This document shows positions 37,863 through 52,920 of a stretch of DNA of 64,000 bases, piece after piece. The DNA comes from Octopus sinensis (Eukaryota): contig NC_043012.1 of NCBI RefSeq assembly GCF_006345805.1, positions 10,230,001 through 10,294,000 on the forward strand, given 5' to 3'. The notes under the pieces were generated by a model. The model saw nothing but the letters and a program-made list of their open reading frames with translations. It made no database searches and was not told the DNA's origin. How positions within the stretch are numbered: position 1 is the stretch's first letter; every line of letters starts with the position of its first letter. The position numbers and the translations under genes were made by a program.

Positions 37863-38460
37863 TTCAAAATAAGCAACAGGATATGAAGAAGTAATGCGGC
37901 ACGAACATTTCAAGCGATTTCATTTAATTGAACAATGCAGTCATTTACATCAATTTAAGTGCAGAGATATCTTCAGCTGCACTAATAAATATAATTTTGA
38001 TTAGTTGGACACATTAGTATACATTTTTTTCAAATGCTTTAACAGAGCAAGAAGATGGAAGAAATCCATGTTGTCGCTACTGTAGCTAAGACTAGACTAC
38101 ACTTCCAAGAAAGGCATGAAGCCCATTGGGCTCATAACTGGTAAAGGATTGTGGTTCATTTCTAATCTGCTTGTATTTTTATCAAATACTAAATCTAAGA
38201 CTAGAGAACTGTGTCTGTTTAGAATGAAGGGCAAGAGTAAGTTGATAGGTCATGGCCAGGTATGGTCATGAATATTGTCAAGACATTAGGTGTAGTAAAT
38301 TGGGTATAGAGTAAATGTTTATAAAAGGAGGCTGGCTAAGGGAAGACCCTAAATCATAATGTTAATTACCAGTTAAAGGGGCAAGATGCTAATAAAACCT
38401 AGGATGTTAATGCAGAGGAAATTTTAACATGGGGTACTATGGGTGATTGTTTATAAACAG
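37862..38460 (-). mobile_element. Probable decayed 3' end of a Penelope-like element
   Basis: Minus strand gives FTSYEPNGLH (cf. the L.T..P.GLN end of PLE GIY-YIG domains), followed by a hammerhead-like CTGAAGA...CGCTT-GAAA-TGTT (37899-37980), ending at (TA)n. Confidence 0.4.
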
Positions 38461-38714
38461 TATTGTTATGTTGTAATAAAAAACATTAAGATTATCAAAA
38501 ATGATATCATAACCAAAACAGGTAAAATGTGTGTGTGTATATCAACTTTCAACATTATAAAGGGAAGATTACCTAGAATGAGTTTAATATTCATTTATGT
38601 ACTTAATTATAATATCGGACTGACTTCTGCTTCAACGTAAGTACTTAATTCCACCACTGGATCTCAATTATTTTTTATATATATATATGAATATATATAT
38701 ATATATATATATAT

Positions 38715-39034
38715 AAAATGGGTATGAATAAGTATTTCACTTATATCTCACGTATTTATCGCTGAAGAAGGGAAAATTCTTATGAACTAGCCCCAAAATT
38801 GGGACCAATATGGTAATAACGGATTTTTTAGAAATTTCTATCGGTTTGTTGTGAGACGCATAAATTATAATGGTTATAGACAATTTTTGTATTTTTTCGG
38901 CATATTTGGCATTAGAATTTTTCTTCTGCCCTCATTTTGTAAAATATTTATAAATTTAACGTTTAAAGGTATTTTTTTATATGCTGACCGTTGATAGAAT
39001 TTTTTTCCCGAAAACAATGTTATCCTACATTAGT
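38715..39034 (+). mobile_element. (TA)n-flanked short element related to 11404-11490, with a degenerate hammerhead core
   Basis: CTGAAGA-A-GGG...CCC at 38762-38794 (GAAA mutated). The reverse complement of its 3' end (ttctatcaacggtcagcat...aaatacctt) matches 11440-11475. Confidence 0.55.
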
Positions 39035-39054
39035 TATATATATATATATATATT

Positions 39055-39288
39055 TGGTTCAGTTTTCACCCGTTTTATTATCATCTCAAGGCGCTTCTTT
39101 CTGGCTAGTCTTTCTTCTTCTTCTTTTTTGGCTCTTTCTATTCGCTCCTTTTCAAGACGTTCATCCTCTTCCTTGGCTTTCTTCTCAGCTTCTTTCTGCT
39201 TTCTTTCTAATTCCAGCCGATCAGCTTCTTCTTTCTTCCGTTGCTCTTCAGCTTCGATGGTCTTATGAAGCCTTTCTTCCCCAGCCAA

Positions 39289-39291
<3 letters not shown>
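39055..39291 (-). pseudogene. Isolated 79-codon open fragment resembling the MAP7/ensconsin charged helix (orphan exon or captured mRNA fragment)
   Basis: KLAGEERLHK...EEEERLARKKRLEMIIKRVKTEP; the end matches my recollection of the MAP7-domain motif EEERLERKKRLEEIMKR. Codons are varied, so it is not a simple repeat. Bounded directly by (TA)n on both sides. Confidence 0.6.
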
Positions 39292-39338
<47 letters not shown>

Positions 39339-40601
39339 TTTAAATTGTGGTGTTTCAGTCATTGACGTTTGACCATAAAGGAGCAACAACTGCAAGAGTG
39401 TATTGGAATTTTACTTGAGTGATTGCTAGATGATGAATTTTATCGAGTTCGGAAAGGATATAAATAAGTACACTTGTCTTAGTTTCAAATTCATACTAAT
39501 CCACTACTGCCTGTGTCATACATACATACATACATACATACATACATACATACATACATACATACATACATACATACATACATACGTACATACATACATA
39601 TATGCATATATACATATATGCACACATCACACACCACACATACCCACTCCTATACATGTATATGTTCCACTTACTGTGGATATTGTGTGAGAACAAAGAA
39701 TATTGCACTATTTACCTGCAGAGAACCACTCGTAGGGACTTGCAGTGCACAAAAGTAATCGAAATTATATCCTGTTCTTTTATTTACCAGAAAGCCTTAT
39801 GATAGAATCGCCTGCTACGGTCGCTGGAACTGCCGAATCAAATGATTTTACCCTGCTATGGGCTCTTCCGTGACAGATGTCCAGCAGTGCAATTACTGCT
39901 GAGAATCATGGCCCGTTCAATCACTAGTGCCACAAATAGCACGTGGGCTTATTAAAAAAAAATGATTAATAGCGCCAGAAAGAGTATTAATACCAAAAGA
40001 TATTCTTGATATCCAACGTAACGTGTATATCGTGTGAGAACACAGAATAATGCGTTATGTACCTCGACAGAATCTCTCATGATGAGTTGTGGTTCATAAA
40101 TGCACAACAAAATATATGGATGATAAAAGAGAATCGTCTGCTTCGTCCACCGAAAATCACGTTATATGGTAGTTGCGGCGACGTGTGTATATGTTTTGTG
40201 TGCGTGTGTGTGTGTGTTGTGTGTGTATGTGTGTATTGTTGATAGATCTTTGTATAGAAATATACGTAAATATAGAGTCAGATAAATAAGTGAGTAGGTG
40301 GTTGAACTGATAGGGTGACAAGTAAGTGAATGTTTATGTTGATAGGTAGTCCTTTAGGGAGGCAGATTGTTTTGACAGGGAGTGCATAGATGTGCAGATT
40401 TGCAAACAAACGAATACATATATTGCATGATTACACCCGTGGATGCTCCAGATTTTAGATAACTAAGTAAATATGTTACTCTTAAATATAAAAATATCGT
40501 TTTACGTTTTTGGATTTTGTTAAACAGCCATTTTTTAACCAACAACAAATGAAAAAAAGGTTCGATTCGTTAGTTGGTTAGACAACTGAATAATTATCTT
40601 A

Positions 40602-41030
<429 letters not shown>

Positions 41031-41709
41031 AATTATCTTAGAATAAAGAAGTGAAATTGAACCAATGCTTGTGTTTATTATTATTGGTGTAATGACCGAC
41101 CTTTGATAAAACAACAGCATTCATTGTTAGTAAGTAAAGTAATAGGCTTTTAATAGATTACACTAGCTAAGGATGTACCTGAATTTGAAACAAAAAGAGC
41201 GACGAACTGGTTTCACATTAAATCGACCGTCTATATTCCACTTCATTATATAATTTGCTTAAAATCCTGGAAAAGTCGACTTTGGTTTTACTCCTCCTGA
41301 GACGAGCGTTATCGTTTAACACTCAACCCTGCAAACCCCAGGCACTGTCATTGAATTAGGAATTATTATTGCTGTAGCTGTTAGTCTATCGCGACAATAA
41401 TGAAAAATAACATTTTAGAATAAAGATGAAGAGAAAAATGATCATTTCTTACATTAATAACATTATCACTAAAACAATAATTGCATGGACCAGAAGACGT
41501 ACGAACAATAAACAGCTGAATATTGAAAACTACAAATTCGTATTGCGATTTGTTGAAGAAAGATGGAATTTAAAAAGAAGAAAAATGAAAAGAAAAAGAA
41601 GACAAATCATTTATGTTTTTGAAATTCAAATGATAGCTGTTGACTCCAGAAGGAAATCTAACAAAGACCATTAAACAATACACATGTCGCATCGAGCTAG
41701 CAGTAGTGG

Positions 41710-41712
41710 TTT

Positions 41713-41785
<73 letters not shown>

Positions 41786-42119
41786 GTAGTAGTAGTAGTA
41801 GTAGTAATAGTAGTAGTAGTAGTAGTGGTCATAGTAGCAGCAGCAAATATGAAGTTGAAATAAATAAACATTACTTATATGAGACATTGCCTGAGAAAAT
41901 ACCATAAAACAGAAATGAATGTCATTGAAGTAGGTAAGGAAGGTGGAGAGTGGTAGGAGGAAGAGGAGGCGAAGAGGAGGACGAAGAAGAAGAAGAAGAA
42001 GAAGAAGAAGAAGAAGAAGAAGAAGAAGAAGGAGAAGAATAAAAGAAGAAGAAGTAGAAGAAAAAGCAGAAGATGAATAATAATAATAATATAATAATAT
42101 AATAATAATAATAATAATA

Positions 42120-42158
<39 letters not shown>

Positions 42159-42205
42159 TAATAATAATAATAATAATAATAATAAGAAGAAGAAGAAGAA
42201 GAAGA
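41710..42205. repeat. Compound trinucleotide microsatellites (ATT/AGT; GAA/AAT)
   Basis: Directly visible. Confidence 0.95.
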
Positions 42206-42567
42206 AACTGTTTTAACAAATTCTAAGAAAGATTTCTTTGATGAATGACATTTGTGTTTTATTGATTTCCGAACAGATGCAATATAAACATATATCACAG
42301 ATATATATTACAGATTTATAACACATGCTTATATTCCAAGATAAAATTGCATACACATACATATTAAATACAATTTATAAGTATCCATGTGTGTATAGCT
42401 CCATATATTGATATACACTTATTATTCAATAAACATACGCACAGGCACTTATGCATTTATATATAATTATGCATGCACCATGTATACACACATACATACA
42501 TTCACACGCACAAACATATACACACATTCACATACATATATGTATGCATGTAAATATGTACAGATAC

Positions 42568-42604
<37 letters not shown>

Positions 42605-43244
42605 TACGCATATATATATATAATATTCCCTCATATCATTATATATATATATATATATATATACGTAGGTGTATACACACATTTATGTACGCGTGCGTAT
42701 ACATATATATGCATACATATATATTTGTATATATATATATATACATGTGTGTGTATGTATGTGTATATGAATGTATGTATACTTTTCCTGTGTACTACAT
42801 TTTATATAGGAGTAACAGAAAAGGAAATGTTTCCTAAACAAACCAAATCACAAACAGTAGAAGATATATTAGTAATAATGGACACATCAAAAGCTGTTAA
42901 GAAGTCGAAGGGGGATCTAGAGAACAACTCAACACTAATATTTGACATCAAAACCGTGTTAATATGACTCCTTTTAACAGTTTTTCCTTGTACACTGATT
43001 GTGAATACGTATATAATGATAATATATTAGTAATAAAATTATAACTTATCACAGTATTTGCATTCTTTTCAACAATTGTGATGCTAAATACAATATCTAC
43101 ATAATTAAACAATTACAAGTTACCTGCGTTTTAGTAGATTAACAGACCAAACTTCTTATGTACGTTGATAGAAGGCAATAAATATTTTAAAAATACTCCT
43201 GAAAATAATATATCATATTATACATAATGCATATTATATCAATC

Positions 43245-43465
43245 TATGAGAGGGTGCTGAGAAGCTTCTGGCTTTGGGTAAAAGAACATATCGGAGGCTC
43301 AGTTAATTATGATTCTATTCAACATATTCCCCTCTCAGATTGAAAGACCTTCTGAAGCGGTCCTTCAGTTTCTCTAAGCTTTGTAAGCAGACTCAGAAGC
43401 TTAGGCCTTCTACAGGGCCTTTCGTGAGACCCTTGAAGCCAGGAACGTTTCAGTAGCCCCTCGTA
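43245..43465. mobile_element. Mariner-derived MITE
   Basis: TA-tgagagggtgctgagaagcttctggctt and aagccaggaacgtttcagtagcccctcg-TA are imperfect ~28-bp TIRs with TA target sites. Confidence 0.8.
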
Positions 43466-44014
43466 TTGTCAAGCAGGTATTGAACAGACAGAGATAATGT
43501 AAAATCTCATAAAATAAAATTCATAAAATAAAACTCTATGTGCTTCATAACAGACCATGTTCCAACACTAGTAATATGAAAGAATAAGATCAAAAATCCT
43601 CTTAACACTATATTGCAGGTATTTGTATTTCAGGTATTACAAGTATCATAAAAGAAAAACAGATGAGAAAATACTAACAGAAAACATAGTCATATTTTAT
43701 CAAATTCCCAACAAAGAAAAACGATTCATCATGGAAGCTATAATCGCAATGAAGTCTAAAATCAAATTACAACTACACGTTAGAAATACGAATGTTATGG
43801 TGTAGAATTCAGTCGCATTCTGCTGGAGGGGGGAAATTTGTTTATACAAAAGCAGCTCATGATAAATACGACTGTATATAAGCCAAAACCAAATATAGTC
43901 TGGAAACGCTGATAAAGATAAATTAACTGTAACCGTCTGATACATAGATAAAGGAGAGCTTTGAAGAAAATGACTGAATTAATACATAAATGGGTTTCAA
44001 GAAAATATTTTCAC

Positions 44015-44055
<41 letters not shown>

Positions 44056-44074
44056 ATGTATATTTATATATATA

Positions 44075-44126
<52 letters not shown>

Positions 44127-47100
44127 TGTACAGTCACTGTAATGTAGCTGTTAAGTCAGATGAGTGTTTCTTAAATATATTAATATCATCAACTTGCGGA
44201 TACATGAGTAGATCTATGCTAGGTATTGAGAGCATATTATTTGACAGTCCCTTGACGCAAATGAACACTTAAATTTTTTTTTTTTTTTTTTGAATTTAGG
44301 CCACTGCTAAAAACTACACCTTCCTCTCAAATCAGACCTCACTTACCAACCGGATAAGACGCCAAAACTGGACCAAAATTTTGAACTTCACATTCCGTGC
44401 ATAAGTACATGCATGACATCTTTATTGTCTTGAATGCCCAAAGGCCAAAAAAACCTAATCATTATCTGAACACTTTTCGAATATCTACAGACACTTGCAT
44501 GGAGCAAAGAAGTTATCAGTTGAATAAGAAAAATTCAGAGACACTTTTACCATTTTCTCTCCAATCAAGAAAATATGATATAGCAATCATGTATATAAGG
44601 GTTTAGAACGGTTCAACTGGCTCCCGAATCTATAATGACTCTTGGTAATAGTTTCCCGTGAAGACTCATTTAAAGGGCATCTAAAAGAAATTCCCCCAAT
44701 ATAGTAGATTAAATATCTACAAAATGTGACAGGCAAAACTTATTAATCTCTTCCAAACGGCTGTTCCAACGTCAAGAGATGCTATAGACACTAAAAACTA
44801 TTCTACAATAGAAACATACAAACACGCCCCAGAACAGATAATATTCAAATCTGAAGCAATAACCCAACATGGTTTTGAAGGAATGGCATAAACCAGGATA
44901 AGGAACTAAAGTAAATGGAAACACCAAACCAGGAAACCTCTAATAACCCTCACCATGTGAAAATCATTTTAATTACCAAATATACGCAGATTTATTCTCC
45001 ACTTACCGTATTAGCCTTCTTTCTCTAACTTCTATTATATTTTGAGGAATCTTTACCAAATTATGAATTAACCTACATATTTTCAGTATTCGGAGAAACA
45101 CAGTAGGTCATCAACTCCTACGACTTGCTTCTTTAATCGACTATCGATAATAAAATACTTGAACGAAGTCCCTAAGCACTGTGAGAGTGAAAGTTAAAGG
45201 TATATCACGGACGATCAGCAATCCACCCTCCCTGTTCTGCATGGACACACCTATGAACACTCAAATACATACAATGGCATCTATCTACAGGTTCAGCTAT
45301 CCACCCATTTAGCCATCCACTCTTTCAGCTAACCCCACCCTAATCGAGCCACTTTTTCGGATATCCACTCGTTCAAAATCCACGCACCCAACGTCTTAGC
45401 ACACATCTCTATAAATAATGTCGGCTTTCACCATTACTACAACATAAATATCTCACAGTAAACAGATGAAGAAAGTATTGATATATTTAGTACTTGAATT
45501 CCAAAAGGAAATGCAACTCATAAATCGCTGAATGTAAGTATATCGATGTATTGATCGATTTATTACGCATGACATAATTGATGTGATTAAGTTTTCTGGT
45601 TCGGTTCTGTGATGCGGCAATGTTTATGATGCCAAGAAATCGAAATTGAGACCTGTTACAATCAGTGTGCAAAATAGGAATGTAGGTAGGAATGCTGGAA
45701 GTTTGATGGCAAAGTAGAACCTTGCTAACTCCTTTGTGCTGTAATAAGGCAAATGAGAAAGAAGTGTTTCCTAATTTTTAATCTTCGCGTAGACAATCCC
45801 GAGTCATTATGAGAGTTCAATACGCATTGCAAACTTTTATCTGCTTTCTCTATATACATTATTGAATGACATTTTGCTTAATCATTCTACGATTGGGTGT
45901 ATAGTTTCCTTATGATCTCCGCTGATCCAGCCAAGGAAACAGTTTTCATCAGCTTTTTGGTTGTTAATGTTTACTAAATTGTTGAGTGGATGCCCCCAGA
46001 CGATGAAGTAGACTAGCCCAATACTTATATAGAGAGGGTGAAGTCTAAACGTCGAAGAGCACAACTGAGTAGCAGAGGGAGTAGAGAGTCGAAGTTGAGT
46101 AGTAGAGGCATCCGAACGTGCGACATAACATAAATATTGGTTGTAGTGCCTGACATAATTTTCCCCGCTCCTTCTCAGTGACAGGGGAGTGGGTCTTATA
46201 TTAAAACGCACATATTCAAAACAGATTTTGCAAAGCCATTCAGTCCAACGATCCAGTAAATTATACCAATGTACCAACCTGGTTTTACACTTCATTATAA
46301 CCTCCAGGATAAAAATGCACCATTCTTATGCAATTATTTGGATGTATAGGTAACGACATTTAGTTATATGTAGGTATTTGGTTACTCCCATATGATATAT
46401 GACCAAAACAGTAATTAAAATAAGCCTCGTCAGAAGCAGATTTGCGGCTATACATATTTGCGGTTATATATCCTTCTCAATCCAAACATTTCTAAAATAA
46501 TCAATTTAAAATTTCTTTACGAGAATCTAATTACAACACCAAAACTGAACTTGATCTGACCTAAACTATGTGAGCAATGCCTCTACCATTCTGTCTTTTG
46601 GGACCATGAGACGGTCTGAATACAGGAAATTGTACGTTCCACTCCTTAATGTGGACATACACGCAAACACATTTGCACATACACGTACACACACACACGC
46701 GCGCGCGCACGTCTGACTATATTTTACTTTATGCCTGCTCTTCGATTATATTGACTGGTACTTTATTCTATTGACTACAGAGGATGAAAGGCACGGGTGA
46801 ACTCAAGCCAAGAACTAAATACTGCAAATTATATTAATTATACGCACCCTGAATATTATACATCTTCTTAATCCATTAATTGCACGACTGACTGAACCAT
46901 AAACAATAAGAATATCCCTATATGAAACTAAAGTCAATCGCTTTACCATGTCTTTCTCTTAAACCAATCCCTTCAAATACACATTTCATCCTATCGGTCT
47001 CTAGCCCTGCAAAATCACTTCCCTTGTCTAGCTGGAGCACCTAATAATCATCGACATTACAGAATCTGCCAACAGCAAACTCCTTAAATTTATATAAGGC

Positions 47101-47996
47101 CAGAAAGAACAAATGTAAATAACAGTCTGGTGAAGGCGGACTGCCTGGAACTTTGAAGTCACTATCGATATTTTTCAAAAGTTCATTAATGCATACATAA
47201 TTAGATACATAGATACACAAAGCAAGAGCACTTAACCTGTTTCATAGTTTTGTATCTATTTGCATTAAGAATTTGACTATGAATGTCAATATTAGAAGTT
47301 TTACAGAAGTGAGAAAAAAATACAAACACTCTTAACGGATTAAATAATTGCATATGATTTTTTTCTTTAACAGATATACACACACATAAATAAATATATA
47401 CGCACAAACATACATACATGCACAGATACATTAATACTCACATACTAACAAACTCATGTATGTATGTCCACATATGGGGAGAGTTACGTGTTTCTATATA
47501 TGAGCATGTATTTGAGGAAGTAACTACAAACAAAATGACCGACCAAATAAAAAGGACACTTTACAAAACCAGATCGCTATTGTTTACTGGTTAATTCGAA
47601 ACTAGTTAATACTAAACAAAAATAGGATCACAGGCTTTCCAGCCATGACTATCTTATCTATTAATGTTTCTTTTTTTTTTTTTAAGACTGCAATGTGTAA
47701 TTTCGGAGAGAAAATAGATGGTAATACAGTTAAATGGGGAGATGGTGTCATTGAGTCACTAATGTTTTATTTATTTTTACTTGCTTGTGTTTCTGATGCT
47801 CTTTAAACACATTCCGATATACACAGTGACTAACTGAAAAGACAAGTGATATTAAAATGTGTGATTGTGCTAATTACACAAAAGACTGCGTTTTGAAGCA
47901 GAACTTTGTCTCAAGTTTTCAGCCGTTTAATTTAACGCAACATCGTTCTACATATGTCTTAAAGATATATCTGTTTGATTAGTGGGATTTTAATTG

Positions 47997-48089
<93 letters not shown>

Positions 48090-51000
48090 TGTGTGTGTAT
48101 GTGTGTGTGTATGTATGTGTGTATGTGTATGTGTATGCGTATAATATATATGTACATATATATATATTATATATACATATGTACATTATATATAATATAT
48201 AAATATATATATATATGTATATATAATGTATACATATATATATATGTATACCTATATATATTATATATATTATATATTATATATATATATACATATATTA
48301 CATAATTATATATATATATATATATAATATATATATATAATATAATATATATATATTATATATATTATATATATATATATATATATATGTAGACATATAT
48401 ATGTACATACAAGATATCTTATGTTCTTCAGTTTTATTAAACTTTGCTTTCCTGGATGATTGGTGTGAACAAAATATTAAAAAGAAAACAAAAAGACATT
48501 ATTTAATTTCTCGCTGTTAATTAACTGCTATAAGCAGCTGTATATTGCAATTAGAATTACAAATTCAGTTGTTATATACAACCCGATGTATACGTACATA
48601 TGTATAGATATATGTATGTATATATGTGAGTTCCTGTGTATAAAGCCGCGTGTGTGTATACACACACACACATACACACATACACATATGCGGGAATATT
48701 TGTGTGTGCATGTGCGCGTGAGTTATGTATGTGTGTATGTACACGAGTGTGTAAAAGGGGGAGAGAGAGAGAGAGAGAAAGAGTGAAAGAAGAAGCATGT
48801 GCTTATTTAAGTACGTTAGCGCATGTGTCCTTATGTATTCATTTATATCACTTTATGGTAGTAAATTTAGGATATCCTTTAAATTCATATATATATATAA
48901 CGTTATGATCACATTTATTTCTTATGTGACAATATGTCGTACGTTCAACCTCCCGATTACTGACAGATTTTCAGGAATTCTTTTAGAAACTGTCAGTTGA
49001 CCATATAATGCTTAATCAAACTCAGAACGGAGATAAAAGCCTATTCCACTAGTTTTTCTCCACCTTTTACAAATTATTTTTACTATTTTCCTTTTATTTA
49101 GCACCTTTCCGCTTCATAATTTTATTTGTCTATAATTACCGACATCCTGGACAATATCTGAATTTCCATTGATGTAAGGTAGATACACGAATAAATGTTT
49201 TGTATAAAATATAATATTTATAAAGTACATGTAACTTGCACTGCAGAACATCTATCGTTTAACTTTCGACTAGAGAACTCAACCATTTTAAAACCTTCCG
49301 ATAGTATAAAGCTTTTATGTCCAGATCATTTCATCAACTTCCTGGTTTTCATTTCTCCCTCTTTTCATCCACACAGCCAACTTACCAAATCAAGGACAAC
49401 CGGAAAATCCACCATCTTTCTTTCTTTCTGTTTTTTTTTTGGTAAGTGGTAAAAGTTTAGTAAAACTTTAAAATAGAGTCAAATAAGAAAAAAATGATGA
49501 GAAGCTCCGCGTGACATTAAAATACGCCAGTAATTGATTTAAAAGATATGAACTGAGCCTGTATTACTAATCAAGCCAAAACTGACTGATGAGAATTTTT
49601 GACACTTCATATTAGGCAATTCTTTTCAGAAAGGAATGAAAAATGAATATCATTTTTGGTATGCGTCTAAATTATAAAAACTGTTGTCAGCTTGAATTTC
49701 ATTTGTAATGACTACACTGACGGGTAATTGTTTATTCTAAGAATTATAAATAATTTTGCAGTTTTATTTCGTTCTTCATGCATCTCATTTTTAAAACAAT
49801 ATCAAAGAGTTGTATGTCAAAGAAATATATGGAAATCAGTGTAAGAAAGGTCTTAGTGTCAAATCGATGTACAATGCTGTCTAGTGGTATCACATTGGGT
49901 ATTTTAATACATTGAAATATTGTATAAAATCTGTTTCAATGTCAATTATCATTATTATATCTGTTTTCTTCATTAAGCTTATGAACACGTCTGTACAGTG
50001 TAGTTGAAGATGTGGTGTAATTTTCCTCTTTCCAGTAAGAACCTAAACAACGGAAAGTCACTTATGTGATAACCTTGCCAGCTGGGATCAGTTCATTATG
50101 ATTGAGGAGAGACTGACGAGAGATGGTAGGTGGGAATTTTATGCACATGAAAGTTAATTCAGTCTTCTCTGTCCCGCTTAAGCCATGCACCTTGGTTAAG
50201 AGGTGACACTCATATCAATGAGATATTTGATTGATACGGCTACCGTTTTCCAAGAATGGGACTTGCTCAGGTCAATATAAACAGATAAGTTTCTAATATG
50301 TTTAAGTAACTTCTGCATTTTTCTTTTTGTTTTTGCCAAGGGCATAGCATCTGTTATATTTATTATATCTACGATGTTTTTAGTTTCATGTCAGGTGGCA
50401 GCGATGCTGCCTTTATTCGAGAACTGTCAAATAAGCCTTGTCTATATAAAAAGATTACGTCGTGGGAATCTATATAATTTATTCATACGAGTGCACTCCA
50501 TAACTAGTTGAAACCATATTAATAGACAGAAAAAATTGAATCTAAAAAAATTCGTATCAGATGAAAAAGAAAAATATATAACATACACCAGTGTTCAAAC
50601 GGTTCTCACATTTTAAATCCCCTTTCTTCAAACGGTAAATTAGAAAAAGAACACTATTTAAATCATGTAATGTTGTCTGGGTCATGAAAAGGACACACAA
50701 TTCGGCATGGGCTACAAGAGTATATTACATTTACTTGTATTTTTTGATAATTCTGTACAAATGAAATTTAATCATGTGGGTTTATTGTTCCATAAAATGT
50801 TTTGCAGCATTAACTCACATTCAATTTTTATCTTCATTTGTATCAAATAGGCTGATGAAGACGGTGACATCATGTGAAAGTACACATGTATATACAGATA
50901 ATTGGTTTATCATCGTGATTGAATGAAAGGCTTATTGTTGATCCAAAAGGTATTTAGAAGTGGTTTAGAAATTAGTACATGCGATGAAATAAATATACAA

Positions 51001-51353
51001 TTATCATTCGAAATATCCCTTTTCTAAAGGCCGCCATCAATATTTTCTTACCGCAATTCTGTATTCTCCTCAACAAATTAGGGTTGTTCTAAAAACACAA
51101 AGGAAGTTTCAACTGAATTGTTAGTTGCACCTTTAACCATTAAATTACATATATTGAGGTATAGCAACTATTATATCTCTCAAAATATATACCATCTCTG
51201 TCTCTCTGTCTGTCTATGTCTCTCCCTATCTCTCTATCTTTCTACCTATCTATCTAGCTGTCTCTCATATTCATACACACACATATATATATATACATAC
51301 ACACTTATATATATATATATATATGTATGAATGTACGTACGTTTGTATGTATG

Positions 51354-51384
<31 letters not shown>

Positions 51385-51537
51385 TATGTCTGTTGCATGA
51401 TATTTAAAAGCAGAAATATACATTGAGCATTAATATATCTGCTTATTTAACGCGTATGCACAGCATATACGATTTTGCACGTGTGTACAAATATACATAT
51501 ATACATATAGAAGCGCACACACACACAGACATATATA

Positions 51538-51976
51538 TGTGTATTTTTACCTGGAGTTTTCGGTAGTTTTGGAAGGTATCGGCCCTTCAAGCATGCTGGA
51601 GAATCGCCGCGCAGCACTCTACTATCTTTTTACTCCTTCGTTTTGCTCTCTTTCTCTCTCTTACCTCCTCTTCTCCCATTATTATATACTATTACTCTTT
51701 CGTTTTTTCTATTCTTCATATCTCCCCGTCTGTTTTTTTTTCAGCTATCTTATTTCCAATTTTCTCTTCTCCCCTTCACAGTTCTCTGTCTTTCTCTCTC
51801 TCTCCCTCACTCTTTCTCCTTTGCTCACGTGGCTCCCACGTGATCATCGGCCATCTTTCTTCTAATTTGTATTTCTTTCTTTCAATCATTTATTGCTGGA
51901 TCAAGCAAGACGTGTTCTTGTCTGTCTTCTGTCCGAGCTTGTTTTACATGTTTCGTGCTTTCCTGTACCCTCATGT

Positions 51977-51980
<4 letters not shown>
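51538..51980. mobile_element. Unclassified pyrimidine-rich segment between (TA)n tracts
   Basis: Same context as the other TA-embedded elements; small hairpin cacgtgg-ctc-ccacgtg at 51827-51842; no hammerhead core found. Confidence 0.35.
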
Positions 51981-52013
<33 letters not shown>

Positions 52014-52063
52014 CATATATATATATATATATATGTATGTAGGTATATATATATATATATATG

Positions 52064-52098
<35 letters not shown>

Positions 52099-52599
52099 GT
52101 ATAGATGTATGTGCATATACGTGTGTGTATATGCATATATATGTGTGTGTATTTATGTATGGATGTATGGATGTATGTATGTATTTATACGGAGGATCTT
52201 CGGGCTGAACTGAGCAATTGTTTCTGCCTCTTTCTTTGTGGAGCTGTTTCATATTGCTGTTTCATATTTTGCTAAACAGCCAACGGCATTGGACAATACA
52301 AAGAGTAAAGATGTAGTATAGAAAGAACCTGAAGCACCTCGGAGGAATGGAAGTCATTTGAATATTGAAAACGGTTATTTGTAGCGTAATGTTTCGTACC
52401 TGGTTTTAAATTGCTGACATCATGACTCCTGCTCAATGTCCTGTTAACACTGTAAATCTGTGTGATGTCCCATGGAGAAATATATAGGGGACTACAAAAC
52501 CGTGCCCATGAGGATGAGACACTACTGGCTTTCTAAGTGCTTCCTCAGCCTTGAATACATACAACAACTTCAGAAGATGACGAAATAGCCGAGCAAGTG

Positions 52600-52920
52600 A
52601 ATAGGGCTGCAGTGAGAGAGATGGGTGTTGGAGTAATACAATGCAGCTGGCACTAAACGGCGATACCTCCGAAAAATGTATGAAGTGGTTGGCGGAAAAA
52701 TGCTACGACCTCAGCAGCCCAAAATTTTGGTCTCCTAATTCTCCCTTTATTAATCCCATAGGTCATCATGTGGGGGACATGGTTGAGAATGACAGCAACC
52801 CTCTGCATAAAACAACAAGGCCGAGCTGGTGGCTATGTCCAAGTAGATGTTCAATTTTTTTTTACCAGGGAGACTGTGAGAATAGTATGCACAGATTCAG
52901 GAGATGTCTACTTTGAATGA
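52600..52920 (+). mobile_element. Decayed maT/DD37D-like Tc1-mariner transposase fragment
   Basis: TSEKCMKWLAEKCYDLSSPKFWSPNSPFINPIGHHVGDMVE aligns to the HTS.....WL....DF.....WPPNSPDLNP.DY.VW..VE pattern; C-terminal HRFRRCL. Confidence 0.65.

Noticed and set aside
44300-45420. A/C-rich stretch resembling a decayed LINE ORF1
   Set aside because: Only vague peptide resemblance (FSVFGE, RVKVK); many stops and no intact zinc knuckle.
45800-46640. ORF 45882-46295 and a possible piggyBac relic
   Set aside because: No convincing catalytic motifs or TTAA-bounded TIRs identified.
50852-50890. CTGATGA-A-GAC...GT-GAAA-GTAC-AC hammerhead-like string
   Set aside because: Stem II is only 2 bp, the U of the UH cleavage site is absent, and stem I does not pair.
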